DNA of 64,000 nucleotides from a virus: positions 1 through 64,000 of IMG/VR virus record IMGVR_UViG_3300030329_003925. One strand, written 5' to 3'. Below, piece after piece: positions 18,998 to 29,986 of the stretch. The notes under the pieces are model-generated. The model searched no databases. It had not been told where the DNA came from and saw only the letters and a list, made by a program, of their open reading frames with translations. The position numbers were made by a program, and so were the translations under genes. Position 1 is the first letter of the stretch. Each line of letters starts with the position of its first letter.

Positions 18998-20026
18998 TTA
19001 CCCTTTCTGCTTTTGGGAAGGGGCTTTCGTGCCATTCTCCATCAAGCTGGACGGGTCTTGGGTGCTTAGGAATTCGATCACTTCTTCGCGATTTTCTAGC
19101 TCCCGCTTACCTTTTCCGGTAAACCCTATCTGAGCCATGTCTTCGGCTCCTTCGGCTTCAAGGCGATCTATGAGTTCTTCGTCGCTTAAATCGGAGAAAT
19201 CACCTACGGGCAAAACCATTCCAAGGTTGCCCTCTCGGATATTGCGAAGCTCCTCTCTTATTATTTCTTCAAGTTGCTCACTAATTTTTTTCGCCCGCCT
19301 TGTCACAGGCTTGCGAGGTCTAGAACTCGCCTTGGTTGCCGCATGTGAGCGTTGTGCGCCCATTCCTTGCGTCCGTGGAAATTCTTCACCTTTCTCGGGC
19401 GTCATCATAAGCTCCTGTTCGGCTTCATAAGCATCGTGGTCGGAAATATAGCGGTCTTCAAGTCCTCTGGTATATTCCGATGGATCATAATCTGGCTTGT
19501 AAGAACGAGCTTCTTCATCTTGAGCCTGCTGCTCTAGTTCGGCAGTCAAGCTATGATGCATTTCTTCTAACTCTTCGACGCTCATCTCATCGAACTTAAT
19601 CCAGCGAGGTCGAATGCCGTTCACATACTTGTAAAGATCATAAATAGATGCCGATAGAGCATCATGAAGTTCTTCGGGAGGAATGGGTTTCCACTCTTCT
19701 TCCGACGCAGTATCAGCCTCTAGAGCTTCTTTTACAAGTTTTGAAACATTAATTTTCTTCAAAGCTTCTTTTGCGAGGGCTGCTGGGTTGCCACGCACAC
19801 CCGCTGCCCTTCCATAGACGGCTTGTCTCTGACCAATATTCAGAGGATCTTCCCCCGTAAAGGCAGCAGAAAGATAATCAATACTTAAATCTAATTTTTT
19901 CATCTGATTCAGTAACTGAGACAGGAGGTCTTCGAGTCCCGATGCTACAAAGCGTACTTCGCCACTTTCATTCGACTCAAAGCCTTCATATAAAAGTTTT
20001 TTTGCTTGTGCTTTGCTGATTTTCAT
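18998..20026 (-). CDS. Tagged acidic hypothetical protein
   Basis: MKISKAQAKKLLYE plus internal tag-like segments (QLEEIIREEL). Confidence 0.6.
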   Translation of the reverse strand: MKISKAQAKKLLYEGFESNESGEVRFVASGLEDLLSQLLNQMKKLDLSIDYLSAAFTGEDPLNIGQRQAVYGRAAGVRGNPAALAKEALKKINVSKLVKEALEADTASEEEWKPIPPEELHDALSASIYDLYKYVNGIRPRWIKFDEMSVEELEEMHHSLTAELEQQAQDEEARSYKPDYDPSEYTRGLEDRYISDHDAYEAEQELMMTPEKGEEFPRTQGMGAQRSHAATKASSRPRKPVTRRAKKISEQLEEIIREELRNIREGNLGMVLPVGDFSDLSDEELIDRLEAEGAEDMAQIGFTGKGKRELENREEVIEFLSTQDPSSLMENGTKAPSQKQKG

Positions 20027-20587
20027 TTTGTTCTATCCTTATCGTCGTCGCGTTTTGCGGGATGCTTGTGACCCTCTTCGATAGTTGGCTCTATGTCTTC
20101 TGCTAAGAGGTTTCTAACAATTGTGTCTCCAAATTTCATGTCATAGATGCCAATTTCACCGCTCTCGTTGAGTGAGTGCCAAAGCACTTTGCCAACTGGG
20201 TTTTTGATTCCGTATCTTTCTTGTAAGGCTGAACTCAGCCTTCCTTCCTTCATTCAAGTGTGTTCTAGGTCTTTTAGCTCATCTTCGAGTTCTTTTTTTC
20301 TCTTTGCTTGAGCTTTTGTAAGTTCTTCCTTGATGAGATTTCTAAGCTGTGTTTTTGTGATTTTCATTTTATGCTCCTATCGCTTTTTTCTGGGCGGGTG
20401 TGAGGATATTGTCTTGGATTGCTCTGATAACCTCGTCGGCTGTGGTATTGTAGGCTTTCGTAACCCTGCCTATTAAGCCCTCTATCTCGTCACCAACTGC
20501 CACGCTTAACATTGGTCCAGTGTTTTCCGTCACGGATGCAAGTTCTTCCTTGATAATCTGTTTAAGTTGTGCTTTTGTGATTTTCAT
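20023..20587 (-). CDS. Three short ORFs (20369-20587, 20254-20367, 20023-20253); the first two carry the MKITK tag
   Basis: MKITKAQLKQIIKEE; MKITKTQLRNLIKEE (37 aa, manual translation). Confidence 0.6.
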
Positions 20588-21152
20588 TAAATTTTATCCC
20601 TTGTACATTCTTCAGGCAAATGAGACTTGGGGTCTTCTTTGTAAGTCTCAAGTGTCGGCTGCTCCCAGTTTAAAAGAGGGCAATAAAGGCGATGATCGCT
20701 CTTGTCTTTCAAGAACAGTTCCAGACCGAGAACATCATTTCTCAAGCCCTCGACACCTTTTTTGCAATCCTCCACATCTTCATCCGCAGAATCCTGCTGC
20801 TCTTGCGGAGCAGGTTCAACCACGGGGTAGGGAGGATAGAATGTCGTGGACCCTATAAGGGGGACCAAAAGCCATTTGCTCATTGTGCCGTCACCAATTG
20901 TTCAATACGCTGCAACGCAGCCTTCATATACTCTATATCTTTTTCGATGGAGATGATTGCGCGGCTATTAGCCTCTGCTTCTTCCACCTTTTGCTCAAGG
21001 GCAACGACAGTTTCTTCTGCGTCACCAAGATCGTTTTCCAACTGCGCCACGGCAACGTTTACATTCCAAACCCATCCAGCTAGAGGGAGGACAACAACGC
21101 CGAGAACAACAGTGAATATTTTCCATATCCATTCATTAGTCGTAGTAGCCAT
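20587..21152 (-). CDS. Two membrane/secreted proteins (20880-21152 TM plus coiled coil; 20587-20883)
   Basis: Hydrophobic N-termini; late motif at 21157-21164. Confidence 0.55.
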
Positions 21153-21155
21153 GTC

Positions 21156-21431
21156 TTAAATAGTTTTGACCCATTGTATTTCCTCTTCAGGATCAACTTT
21201 TTTCCTTGTCAGTTCTAGACCAAAATATTTTATCGCACACCGCTTGACATAATCGGCGCTTGGTCGCCTATGAAAAACCAGTTTTCTAGGAACTACATAC
21301 ATCGTTCCGTAACGACAGTCGCGTATACCGGGTCCACAACTTGTAAGCCCAACGCCGCAATCTCCTCGTTCAAATAAACCATCAGGATGCGAAATACCAA
21401 CGAAATAGACAAAATAATTGTAATCCTCCAC
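21156..21431 (-). CDS. Hypothetical protein
   Basis: 91-aa ORF. Confidence 0.5.
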   Translation of the reverse strand: MEDYNYFVYFVGISHPDGLFERGDCGVGLTSCGPGIRDCRYGTMYVVPRKLVFHRRPSADYVKRCAIKYFGLELTRKKVDPEEEIQWVKTI

Positions 21432-21475
21432 AAATTCGCCCCCCTAAAGTATATAGGGGGCAAAAGTGCAATCGC

Positions 21476-22810
21476 TTACGGACACTCTCCATAGATGCCA
21501 TAATCGACTTCTATAAGGCTGTCGGCAAGAGGAGCATAGTCAACATCGAAGTTTATAGAATTTGTGCTCGGATCATAATACCAGCCATCTGTCATCAGAA
21601 AGCCGTCGATGTAAACTTCGATGCTGTCAACGATAGGATCGTCCGACAACAGATACTGAAGAATAGGAACCAAGGAGTCCTCGGCTAATTGCTCAACTTG
21701 GTAGCCCCAATCCGAAGTGCAAATATCGAAGAATTGACCCGAAGATAGAAATACAGCCTCGTCATATCTCTCGGCAGGGTCAGCACAAGACGAAGAAGGA
21801 TAAAGTCCAGCCACAGAGTGCAAGCTAAAAAGGGTGCCTGACGATTTGGTCGCCATCATGTCCGAGACATAATTGGTAACAGGGTCGAGAGAGAAATCAT
21901 CCTCGTCTGAAACGATGATGACCGCAAGATTTGCAGCCTCTCGGAAAAATACGCTCCCCAAGCCAGCAGTGCCCCCCGGCAACAAAGCGTCTCTTGCCAT
22001 TTGCAGCCCTTTCTCGGTCGCGTTGCCACTTGTTCCAGCCACAATTGCATTTTGGAAGTCCAACAATAGGCTGGGGCTCGTAGGGGTCATTACGTTTCCG
22101 CGCAACATGGTGGAATCTGTTGTTATGACCCCGATATGGAAATCAGCCCCGCTTATCGAGAGGGGGTTAATGAAAAGATCAGCATTGCTTGCTAACTCGG
22201 TTTGTTCATCACTCATCGAACAAGAGTTGTCGATGACAAAAAGAATATCCAGCATGACCTGCTCCTCTTGGATAAACTCGTCAGTAACATCTCCCCCACG
22301 AATGCCTTCTCCATCTTGCCCAATAATAACAGAGGGGTCAGTTAGGTCATTGGAATCCACGGTCACATAGCCCAAGTGATAATCTTCTTCGTTGGGCATA
22401 TATTCCACGCTTATAAAAGCGGAGGCACCGGGAACCAAAATCCACGGCAACCCTCCGTAGGCGAGATAGTCCACATTCATAGCCAAATCGTCTGGACCAC
22501 TGTAGTGAAGCTTGTCCACAATTAGGTCGAGACCTCCGACACTCTTAATCTCGATCATTAGCTCCATGGGACACTCCAACAGAGTGTCTCCGAACTCGTG
22601 AAAAACAGGTGTCACCTCGATTTCAGCCGTTAGCTCTGGTGGTTCTGGGTCCGTTTCGGTATTGACGATCAACGGCGGATCTCTGTCCGGTATCGTCGTT
22701 TCAACAACGGGTGGTGCATCTGGTGCATCGACAACCAGATCCGAAATGTGATAGTCACTCTTGCAGGCTGTTAACAGCCCCAAAATAAAAAATAAATTCC
22801 CCCAACGCAT
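21476..22810 (-). CDS. Lipoprotein with Ig-like and vWA domains
   Basis: LTAC lipobox; DILFVIDNSCSM (MIDAS), HIGVITTD, VIIVSDEDD. Confidence 0.85.
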   Translation of the reverse strand: MRWGNLFFILGLLTACKSDYHISDLVVDAPDAPPVVETTIPDRDPPLIVNTETDPEPPELTAEIEVTPVFHEFGDTLLECPMELMIEIKSVGGLDLIVDKLHYSGPDDLAMNVDYLAYGGLPWILVPGASAFISVEYMPNEEDYHLGYVTVDSNDLTDPSVIIGQDGEGIRGGDVTDEFIQEEQVMLDILFVIDNSCSMSDEQTELASNADLFINPLSISGADFHIGVITTDSTMLRGNVMTPTSPSLLLDFQNAIVAGTSGNATEKGLQMARDALLPGGTAGLGSVFFREAANLAVIIVSDEDDFSLDPVTNYVSDMMATKSSGTLFSLHSVAGLYPSSSCADPAERYDEAVFLSSGQFFDICTSDWGYQVEQLAEDSLVPILQYLLSDDPIVDSIEVYIDGFLMTDGWYYDPSTNSINFDVDYAPLADSLIEVDYGIYGECP

Positions 22811-22853
22811 TCATAAGCCCCCCTTATTATGCATGTCTATAAGTACATAGGGG

Positions 22854-23309
22854 CTACTTTTCTATTTCTCTTATTGTGCCGCAAACATTTATAGGCTCTA
22901 TGGGTTCATAGTCGCTTATTTGGAAGTCATTTGACTCCATACTTTTCGCTTCTACAAGGGGGTTTGTAGCTATCGTAATATGAGGGTGGTTGGGACCCCT
23001 CATCGGAAGTGCAACGCCTTCTAGGTCCACTAGAGCGCTTGCTACGCGGTCGTTTAAAGCGATACCCACAACTTTGACGCATAAACCAGTCCCAAGCCAG
23101 CGAGAAGGTAGCCTTCTCTTCATTTCTGGAGGGCTGATGATGGTCATGTGGTGTGCAATGGGCGTCCAGCCCTCTGGGGCATACGGAACCAAGGCTCGGT
23201 GACCCAAATCGTTGAGGACAAGCCCTGTATACTCGATATGTTTAGCCATATCGGTCCCAAGGGAGATCTCGGACAGATGATCGCGCCAATTTTCAAGTAG
23301 GAGCTTCAT
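22854..23309 (-). CDS. Tagged 2H phosphoesterase (cyclic phosphodiesterase-like)
   Basis: MKLLLENWRDHLSE tag; two HxT motifs, HHMTI and HITIA. Confidence 0.8.
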   Translation of the reverse strand: MKLLLENWRDHLSEISLGTDMAKHIEYTGLVLNDLGHRALVPYAPEGWTPIAHHMTIISPPEMKRRLPSRWLGTGLCVKVVGIALNDRVASALVDLEGVALPMRGPNHPHITIATNPLVEAKSMESNDFQISDYEPIEPINVCGTIREIEK

Positions 23310-23695
23310 TCTACTCCTCCGAACATTCTCTTGAATATTTTGGGTGTATCTGGATTATCCAGATCTAAAATCTTTGCTTTTATCGTCTCAACCTTTTGGT
23401 TGATAGCCTTTTGTAGTCGATGGTTGCCGTCTAAGACATACTTAAACTCGCCACCTTTTCTTACAACTATGATAGGAAACTCTAAACTTGCTGCTTTAAC
23501 TCGCTCTTCACCGCGTGTTGGAAGAGGAGGTATCTGATTAGAAAGTTCTAAAACATTAAGATCAACTGTTTTATTACCCAAGAAGTCATCAATCTCACCG
23601 AGTGTGACCTTTTCTTCGTCGGTTTCCCACGATGTATCACGCCAACTTTTGTTTTCGTTGATAAACTTGTTCCAGTTTTCAAGTATGAGTTTCAT
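23306..23695 (-). CDS. Tagged ParB/sulfiredoxin-like domain protein
   Basis: MKLILENWNKFINE tag; FPIIV...VLDGNHRL. Confidence 0.75.
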   Translation of the reverse strand: MKLILENWNKFINENKSWRDTSWETDEEKVTLGEIDDFLGNKTVDLNVLELSNQIPPLPTRGEERVKAASLEFPIIVVRKGGEFKYVLDGNHRLQKAINQKVETIKAKILDLDNPDTPKIFKRMFGGVE

Positions 23696-24891
23696 TGCCC
23701 AATAAATCCTACGATATCGTTATAAGTATTGTCCAGTTGTCGATTATGGATGGCAGCAAGAACTTTTCTGAAAGCATCACCTATCTGTTGTCCTCGGAAT
23801 CCTAGTTCCATCATCTCTCTGCCGTTAATGTCGAGTTCCTTGGGAGAGAGAGGAAACTGTAATGCCTCTTCAATCTTGTCGGCTTGCTGAGTCATGCCAG
23901 CCTGCCGAAGAACACTAGCAATCAAGGGGAGTCTCCCTCGTTGTCCGCCCCCATACTCATAAACTTCTTTTGTATCCTCGGCTGCTTCCTGAGCAAGTTC
24001 AAGATATTGAACCATTTCGTTGGTGGGGCGCATCATATTGTGGTCGCCCCCTTCCAGAAAGAACGCAATGAAGTTGCCGAGTGTCTTGTCTTGGTTGTTG
24101 CCCCCGACCTCGATTGCGTAGGGATTAAAATCTTCTCCAAATATTGTTTTCCCGATTCCTGTCTCCTTCAAGAGCGAAACCAGTATATGGGCGTTGCCCG
24201 AGCCTTTCGTCCACGCCTTTGCAAGCTCCATAAACAGGCGTTCACCTGCAACCGACCCAATATCTCCCACATTTTTCTTGATGGCGTCTAAAGTTTCAGG
24301 CTCAATGGCGAAACCAAAGCGAGTGGCGAACTGAATAGCACGAAACATTCTCAAGGGATCTTCTTTAAATCTCTCATTAGGATCTCCCACGGTTCTGATA
24401 ATTTTATTTTTTAAGTCTTCCTGTCCTCCGAACAAATCTATGATATTGCCTTCGGAGTCTTTGGCGAGAGCATTGATGGTAAAGTCTCTTCTGCCCAAAT
24501 CAGACTCCACAGGAGCATTGGGATCTGTCTCCACATCAAACTCTGTGTGTTTCTCGCCCGTCTTTGTTTCGGAGGTTCTGGGAATGGCAAAGTCAAATTC
24601 CTCTCCATCAATTGTTGCAGTCACCACCCCAAATGCTTGCCCTACCTCTTTTACTTTTCCGAGAGGAGACAAAACAGAAACAATATCAGAGAGTGACAAG
24701 CCACGCACAAGGAAATCAACATCTTTGGATGGGGGAGTGTCAGGCAGGAGTTCATCTCGCACTGCTCCTCCTACAATATAACTTTCACCACCGCCCTGCT
24801 CTAGTGCTGCTTCAATCTTTTCAATTGTAGCTGGATCGACTGCTTCATTGAGTTTCACAAACTCTCGCCAATTTTCAAGTAGGAGTTTCAT
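23692..24891 (-). CDS. cca: Tagged tRNA nucleotidyltransferase (CCA-adding/poly(A) polymerase family)
   Basis: VGGAVRD, DVD, DLGRRDFTINALA, EDPLRMFRAIQF; start moved to MKLLLENWREF. Confidence 0.9.
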   Translation of the reverse strand: MKLLLENWREFVKLNEAVDPATIEKIEAALEQGGGESYIVGGAVRDELLPDTPPSKDVDFLVRGLSLSDIVSVLSPLGKVKEVGQAFGVVTATIDGEEFDFAIPRTSETKTGEKHTEFDVETDPNAPVESDLGRRDFTINALAKDSEGNIIDLFGGQEDLKNKIIRTVGDPNERFKEDPLRMFRAIQFATRFGFAIEPETLDAIKKNVGDIGSVAGERLFMELAKAWTKGSGNAHILVSLLKETGIGKTIFGEDFNPYAIEVGGNNQDKTLGNFIAFFLEGGDHNMMRPTNEMVQYLELAQEAAEDTKEVYEYGGGQRGRLPLIASVLRQAGMTQQADKIEEALQFPLSPKELDINGREMMELGFRGQQIGDAFRKVLAAIHNRQLDNTYNDIVGFIGQ

Positions 24892-24928
24892 ATTCTTAAT
24901 TAGTCTAGCCAGATGATAAGAGACGCAA

Positions 24929-24961
24929 TAAAAAAAGGGCAGCGCGTTATGCACTGCCCTT
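24929..24961 (-). terminator. Intrinsic terminator
   Basis: GGGCAG...CTGCCC hairpin followed by a T-run on the minus strand. Confidence 0.75.
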
Positions 24962-24982
24962 CGTTGCCCCCGGTTAAGGAGC

Positions 24983-25210
24983 CTACTTGTTCATGATGGT
25001 CATCAGCACCCAAAGGGCAACCAGACCAACGAGACCTTCGCTTCCAAGCTGAGCAGTAATGTCGATAACACTACCGACAACATCCAGAGGGAAGAACGGC
25101 ACACTTGCTCCGAAAAGCACCTGAAGCACAACAGCGAGGGCGAGCAGAGACACAGAAAAATCTGTGAGCCCCTTAACCCAAGTTCCGGCTGTTTGTAATC
25201 TTTCCAACAT
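24983..25210 (-). CDS. Small two-helix membrane protein
   Basis: Hydrophobic 75-aa ORF with AGGAGG RBS. Confidence 0.7.
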   Translation of the reverse strand: MLERLQTAGTWVKGLTDFSVSLLALAVVLQVLFGASVPFFPLDVVGSVIDITAQLGSEGLVGLVALWVLMTIMNK

Positions 25211-25329
25211 ATTATTTTCCTCCTTAACACATGAGTTTGTGTTGCCGGTAACTACCTCCCAGAAACTTCAAAAGCCCCACCGAGAGGACATTCACTATTC
25301 ATTCCAGATTACGCATTCTGCGTATTTTT

Positions 25330-26588
25330 TTACGCAGTCTGGGGCTTTCCGACCATGATCTTCATGTGTTTTTCGCCGCCAATGTCTCGGGTATACCATC
25401 CATTGTAGCCATCGTATTTGCCCTCTGGGTGAGGACCGATCCATTCGATCTCTTTTCCAAGAGTCTTGCGAACTGTTTCTTCGTCATTTACGGGAGGAAC
25501 GCCGTGATACTTAATCAGCACATGTGCTAGACCTTTGGAAACCTCGCCATAGAACCCATCATCAAACATCATTTCAGCGGTCTTGTTGATGTATCTCTTA
25601 ATAGCCTCTTGGGAACCATCGTGACCACCGGCACCCAATTTCTTGCCCTTATTGATGCGCAACACATCAGGCTTCGGGTCACCATCAATATCCAGTGCAA
25701 GATAATTGTCGTATTTGCCCGGTAGATCTTGAGCCTTCTGGAGTTTTATGTGCCCTCCGATGCTCTTGTAAGCAGTATTAATAAGATTGAATAGCTCTCC
25801 CGCTATGTTAACGTCGCCGCCTTGCTCCGTCGCCGCTTGACGTATATCTTCGACTGGCACGGTAAACCATTCATCCTTGGCAATCCCATAATCTTCCCAT
25901 TTTTTCTCTTGGAGACCATCTGGCTCCATATATGGATGGTCATCAAGATATTTTTTCATGCGAGGATCAACTTTTTCCTCTTTCATGAATTTGCGCCAGT
26001 TTTCGAATAGGAGTTTCATTTGTTCCCTCTTGGTGAATTCACCAGATCAATCCATGTCGTCAATGCGGTTATAGTCGGGATCATTTGCCAGCACATCAAG
26101 TGCTTCTTCTAAGCGTCTGATAACAAGGTGGGTCGTTCCCGGCTCGTCACCTCCATCTTGGAGCATCTGAATAGCGTCTTGGATATGGTATGCCACGGAA
26201 CCCTCTTCGGGTACGCCTTCATCGGTGCCCACAGTAAACGGTAGGTCAGTCTTAGAACCGGCGCCGCCTATTTTCGTGAAAGTAACGTTGGGGCGGTCGA
26301 ACAGGTCGTCTAGTTCTTCCTTGATGACTTGTTTCAGTTTTGCTTTTGTGATTTTCATTTCTTTGCCATCTCCATCTCAATGTCATCAGCCATCGTTCTA
26401 AGCACCCTTATAACATGTGCATCGCCGCGCAACTCCTGTAAATCAATCACCGCGTTGACGAGCTTGTCTCCGATTTCCGCGTCCACCTTCCAGTCATAGT
26501 CGCGTGTAGTGCCATCTGGGTATGGGAATTCGCCTTCTTCTAGCTCTTCCTTAATGATTTGTTTTAATTTTGCTTTTGTGATTTTCAT
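25330..26588 (-). CDS. Three tagged hypothetical proteins (26355-26588, 26047-26358, 25330-26019)
   Basis: MKITKAKLKQIIKEE, MKITKAKLKQVIKEE, MKLLFENWRKFMKEE. Confidence 0.7.
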
Positions 26589-26593
26589 AACGG

Positions 26594-27649
26594 CTATCCT
26601 TTAATTGTTCGATAGAAATATTCAGTCCAGATTCTCTGAGATTCTGAAAGTGTTCGGGGATCGTGCTCACCGGAGACGCCTTTGCCTGTGGCTTTCCCGC
26701 GTTTTCCGAGATATTCTTTGCTTCGACGGCGAGAATAATCATTGGGGACAATATATTTTTCGCCATCTGGTAAAATAACTGTCAAATCGCCGCCAACATT
26801 GATCTTTTTAGCGACCATTTCGACCCACGAGTCCCAAAGTTGCCTAGAGATGTCAGCAGTTTGTGTAAGTTCAGCAATATGCTTGAGAAAATCAATATAT
26901 CGCTCAGCCAACTTGATGCCGCCCTTGGTAAGAGTTATAATTCCGCTGGCTTTGTCCCTCTTTTTGCCGGGGGTCTTGAATGTTGGGTGCCCTTTGTCGT
27001 TGACTGTGATCAATTTGCCTTCTGGGTCGAGCCCCTTATAGAGATTCATGTTGATAGAATCGATACAGCCCAAGCGTCCAATGACCAATTGCGATGCAAA
27101 GGCAGCTTTGGGCAGACCAAGCCCCGGAACAGTCATCAACTTGAGATAAATTTCAAATTGCGCCTCTTCTTGAGCAATTGTATTACCTCCAGCGTTATTA
27201 AACTTGTCGATGACAGGCATAATGTCTGCATAGAAGGAATCTCGGTTCTCCCAGATGGATTGAATGGCATTTTTTCTGAATCCGAGGGTCAGAGAGCCAA
27301 TTGTTTTGGGAAGATGGTAAAATCTTTTTCCTTTTTCGTCCACGCTGGACTGTTTTGGGTCCAAAAGCATGTCGTGTTCACGAATATAAGCCATGAGGAT
27401 AGGAAATTTCTCAACCACGTCATACCAGCGCGATCTTTGCGTTGCAACGACAAAAATAAGCATTTCTGCCATCCCTTCTGGTGAAGATTGGGCATATTGG
27501 TTGATTGTGGGGTTAAATTCACAAAAACCAGAGTCAAGTTCGCCAGAAAGGTCCAAAACATTGGGATCATCATCGATTTCGATCTCAATTTCTTCTTCTT
27601 CCTCGGCTTCTTTGAGAAATTTTCTGAAATTTTCAATTAATAGCTTCAT
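26594..27649 (-). CDS. Tagged helix-hairpin-helix DNA glycosylase/lyase-like protein
   Basis: MKLLIENFRKFLKE tag; LMTVPGLGLPKAAF...GCIDS (HhH with Lys and downstream Asp). Confidence 0.6.
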   Translation of the reverse strand: MKLLIENFRKFLKEAEEEEEIEIEIDDDPNVLDLSGELDSGFCEFNPTINQYAQSSPEGMAEMLIFVVATQRSRWYDVVEKFPILMAYIREHDMLLDPKQSSVDEKGKRFYHLPKTIGSLTLGFRKNAIQSIWENRDSFYADIMPVIDKFNNAGGNTIAQEEAQFEIYLKLMTVPGLGLPKAAFASQLVIGRLGCIDSINMNLYKGLDPEGKLITVNDKGHPTFKTPGKKRDKASGIITLTKGGIKLAERYIDFLKHIAELTQTADISRQLWDSWVEMVAKKINVGGDLTVILPDGEKYIVPNDYSRRRSKEYLGKRGKATGKGVSGEHDPRTLSESQRIWTEYFYRTIKG

Positions 27650-27692
27650 GGGGAGGTCCTTTTGGAATAAATAGTCTCTTTTTGAGACAATA

Positions 27693-28720
27693 TCAGAATC
27701 TATTTTGCAATTGTATCTTTAAAGACTCGTTTTCTCTCTTGACATAGTTCAATTCGACTTTCATAGCGGCTACGTCGGTCTTCAAGATGGTGACAGCCTT
27801 CATACAGATCTCTCTTTCTGCCTCTAACTTGTCAACACGGCGCATAAGGTCTTCTCGATACGCTAATCTTTCGTTTTTTGCCTCTTTTCTTTGTTCTGCA
27901 CGGGTTCTTAGGACCGCTTCATAGAATTTCCACCCTCCGGCAGACAAAAGTCCTGTGACTATGCAGGTAACAATGGCTGTGATCGTTGCATTATCCATTT
28001 ATCTTCTTGTGTAAAGCCTCTTTTTTCATTTTTGCGTAAATCCATAGCCATAAAATGAAATAAACGAACGTAATTGTCAGATTTCTAACAATAACTAGTT
28101 CGAATTCCAGATCAGGAGTCGAATATAGGTCAACCAAGAAGCGAATTGTGGAAAAAATATGCATCATAAGGTATGCTGCAACAAATTTTACACACCATTC
28201 CACCCTGTGGAGGGTGGTAAGCAGTCCCAAACTGATAATCAGGTATGCCCAGTACACAAAGTAGGTGTCTGGTTGACCCGCTTCTTGCCAAAAAGATAAA
28301 TTTGTCCACAAAACCTGATTATTGAAAAGGTCAGAGACGCTCCAGAACAACAAAAGCGGCTGATAATCGTAGTAGACGAGAATATCTTTATATTTTGCAA
28401 TTAAATTACGCACTTCGAACTTAAATAGTCACGTTTTGACGCAATCTTTATTGGTTTTTCATGTGGCGGATGCGATCCTCGGCATATTTTTGTCGCATAT
28501 CGCTTAAGCCACCATCAATTTTCTCAATAGCCTTCTGCAAAAGGTGCTCTTGTTCTGTCAATTTCTGCACAATTTGCTCTTGATGGTAGTGAAGAATCTC
28601 TTTTGAGGCTTTTTCTTCCTCTTTCATGTCTTTTCGCTGTTGCCAGTTCATCCACAGTAGCGAAGCGGTCCACAATCCCAAGGGACCATACTGTGCAAGA
28701 CCTTCGATGATTGATTCCAT
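27693..28720 (-). CDS. Three membrane proteins, holin candidates (28448-28720, 27991-28413, 27693-27998)
   Basis: N-terminal TM plus coiled coil (LAQYGPLGLW is BhlA-like); one multi-TM ORF; late motifs at 28422 and 28747. Confidence 0.5.
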
Positions 28721-29002
28721 ATCATGGTACCCCCTTTTTTCCTTTATAATTAGAGTCTACACACTGACAAAACCACATTTTTTCTATCGGAGGACCTTAA
28801 AATATTTTTTGCACCCCTGAGTGTATTTGAACTGAGTGACTCCGCAAACAGGTCTACCCGTAATCACCCAAAAGAAGCCATCTGGAGCGTCATCATGAAA
28901 GCAGTAAACGATCATCCCAGCCTTCAGAACTCCAATGTCTTCCACACACAAAAGACTCATTCCGTCAAGGGGCTTCTGGTACAAGATGATACTCATATAA
29001 CC

Positions 29003-29884
29003 TCAAATGCAGCTTAAATAACGCTCTCCTCTGTCGCACAGCATGGTGATGATCACACCATCTGGATTGTTCTGTGACTCCCATTGTTCAGCAGCATAAA
29101 CATTCGCTCCAGAACTAATGCCAACAAGAATGCCGCTATTCTTAATTAGTTGCCGAGCGCGTTCTTTCGCCACTTCCGTGGGAACTGTGATGATTTCATC
29201 CACTTTGTCGAGGTCCACCAAGAACTTTGAGCCATCACCGATGCCCTGAATGCCATGCAATCCCGGCTCTCCTCCGCTCATGACAGCAGATTCGGCAGGT
29301 TCAATGGCAACAATTTTGACATCAGGATAAAAAGCACGCAAAGTTTTTGCCACGCCCATGATTGTGCCGCCCGTACCGGTCCCAGAAACAAACGCTGAGG
29401 GCTTTAAGTCGTTCTCCCTCAAAAACTCAACGATCTCAGCACCAGTTGTCAAAGCATGACACTGAATATTGAGAGGGTTATGAAACTGATTGGTGTTAAA
29501 CCAGCCGTTTTCTTCAGCCAGTTTATCACGAAGAGCAATAGCCCCATCAAAATCGCCAGCTTCAACCTCGATTAGTTCCGCACCGAGTGTACGCATCATA
29601 GATTTTCTTTCTTCTGACATGTTAGAGGGCATAATAATTTTCATTTTATAGCCTCTCTCTGCCGCAATCAGAGCAAAAGCAATACCAGTGTTTCCACTGG
29701 TTGCTTCAACGAGTGTGTCACCGGTCTCTATGAGACCAAGTTCCTCTGCGCTGTTAATGATATATGCAGCAATTCGGTCCTTCACGCTTCCCGAAGGATT
29801 ATAAGTTTCAAATTTGGCAAATATTTTTTTGCCAACTCCAATCATGGGGGTTTTCCCCACGCAATCTGAAGGTCTAAGCATCAC
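29003..29884 (-). CDS. cysK: Cysteine synthase (PLP-dependent)
   Basis: NPSGSVKDR, EATSGNTGIA, GTGGT, HGIQGIG, DRGERYLS. Confidence 0.92.
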   Translation of the reverse strand: MMLRPSDCVGKTPMIGVGKKIFAKFETYNPSGSVKDRIAAYIINSAEELGLIETGDTLVEATSGNTGIAFALIAAERGYKMKIIMPSNMSEERKSMMRTLGAELIEVEAGDFDGAIALRDKLAEENGWFNTNQFHNPLNIQCHALTTGAEIVEFLRENDLKPSAFVSGTGTGGTIMGVAKTLRAFYPDVKIVAIEPAESAVMSGGEPGLHGIQGIGDGSKFLVDLDKVDEIITVPTEVAKERARQLIKNSGILVGISSGANVYAAEQWESQNNPDGVIITMLCDRGERYLSCI

Positions 29885-29986
29885 TTGTTGCCGAAATCAT
29901 GAAAGCCGAAACTATATCCGACATAGTAGGAAAGTAACATAAGCCCTCCTACAAAGAGCATATCCAAAAAAGTCATTTCGTCTCCT

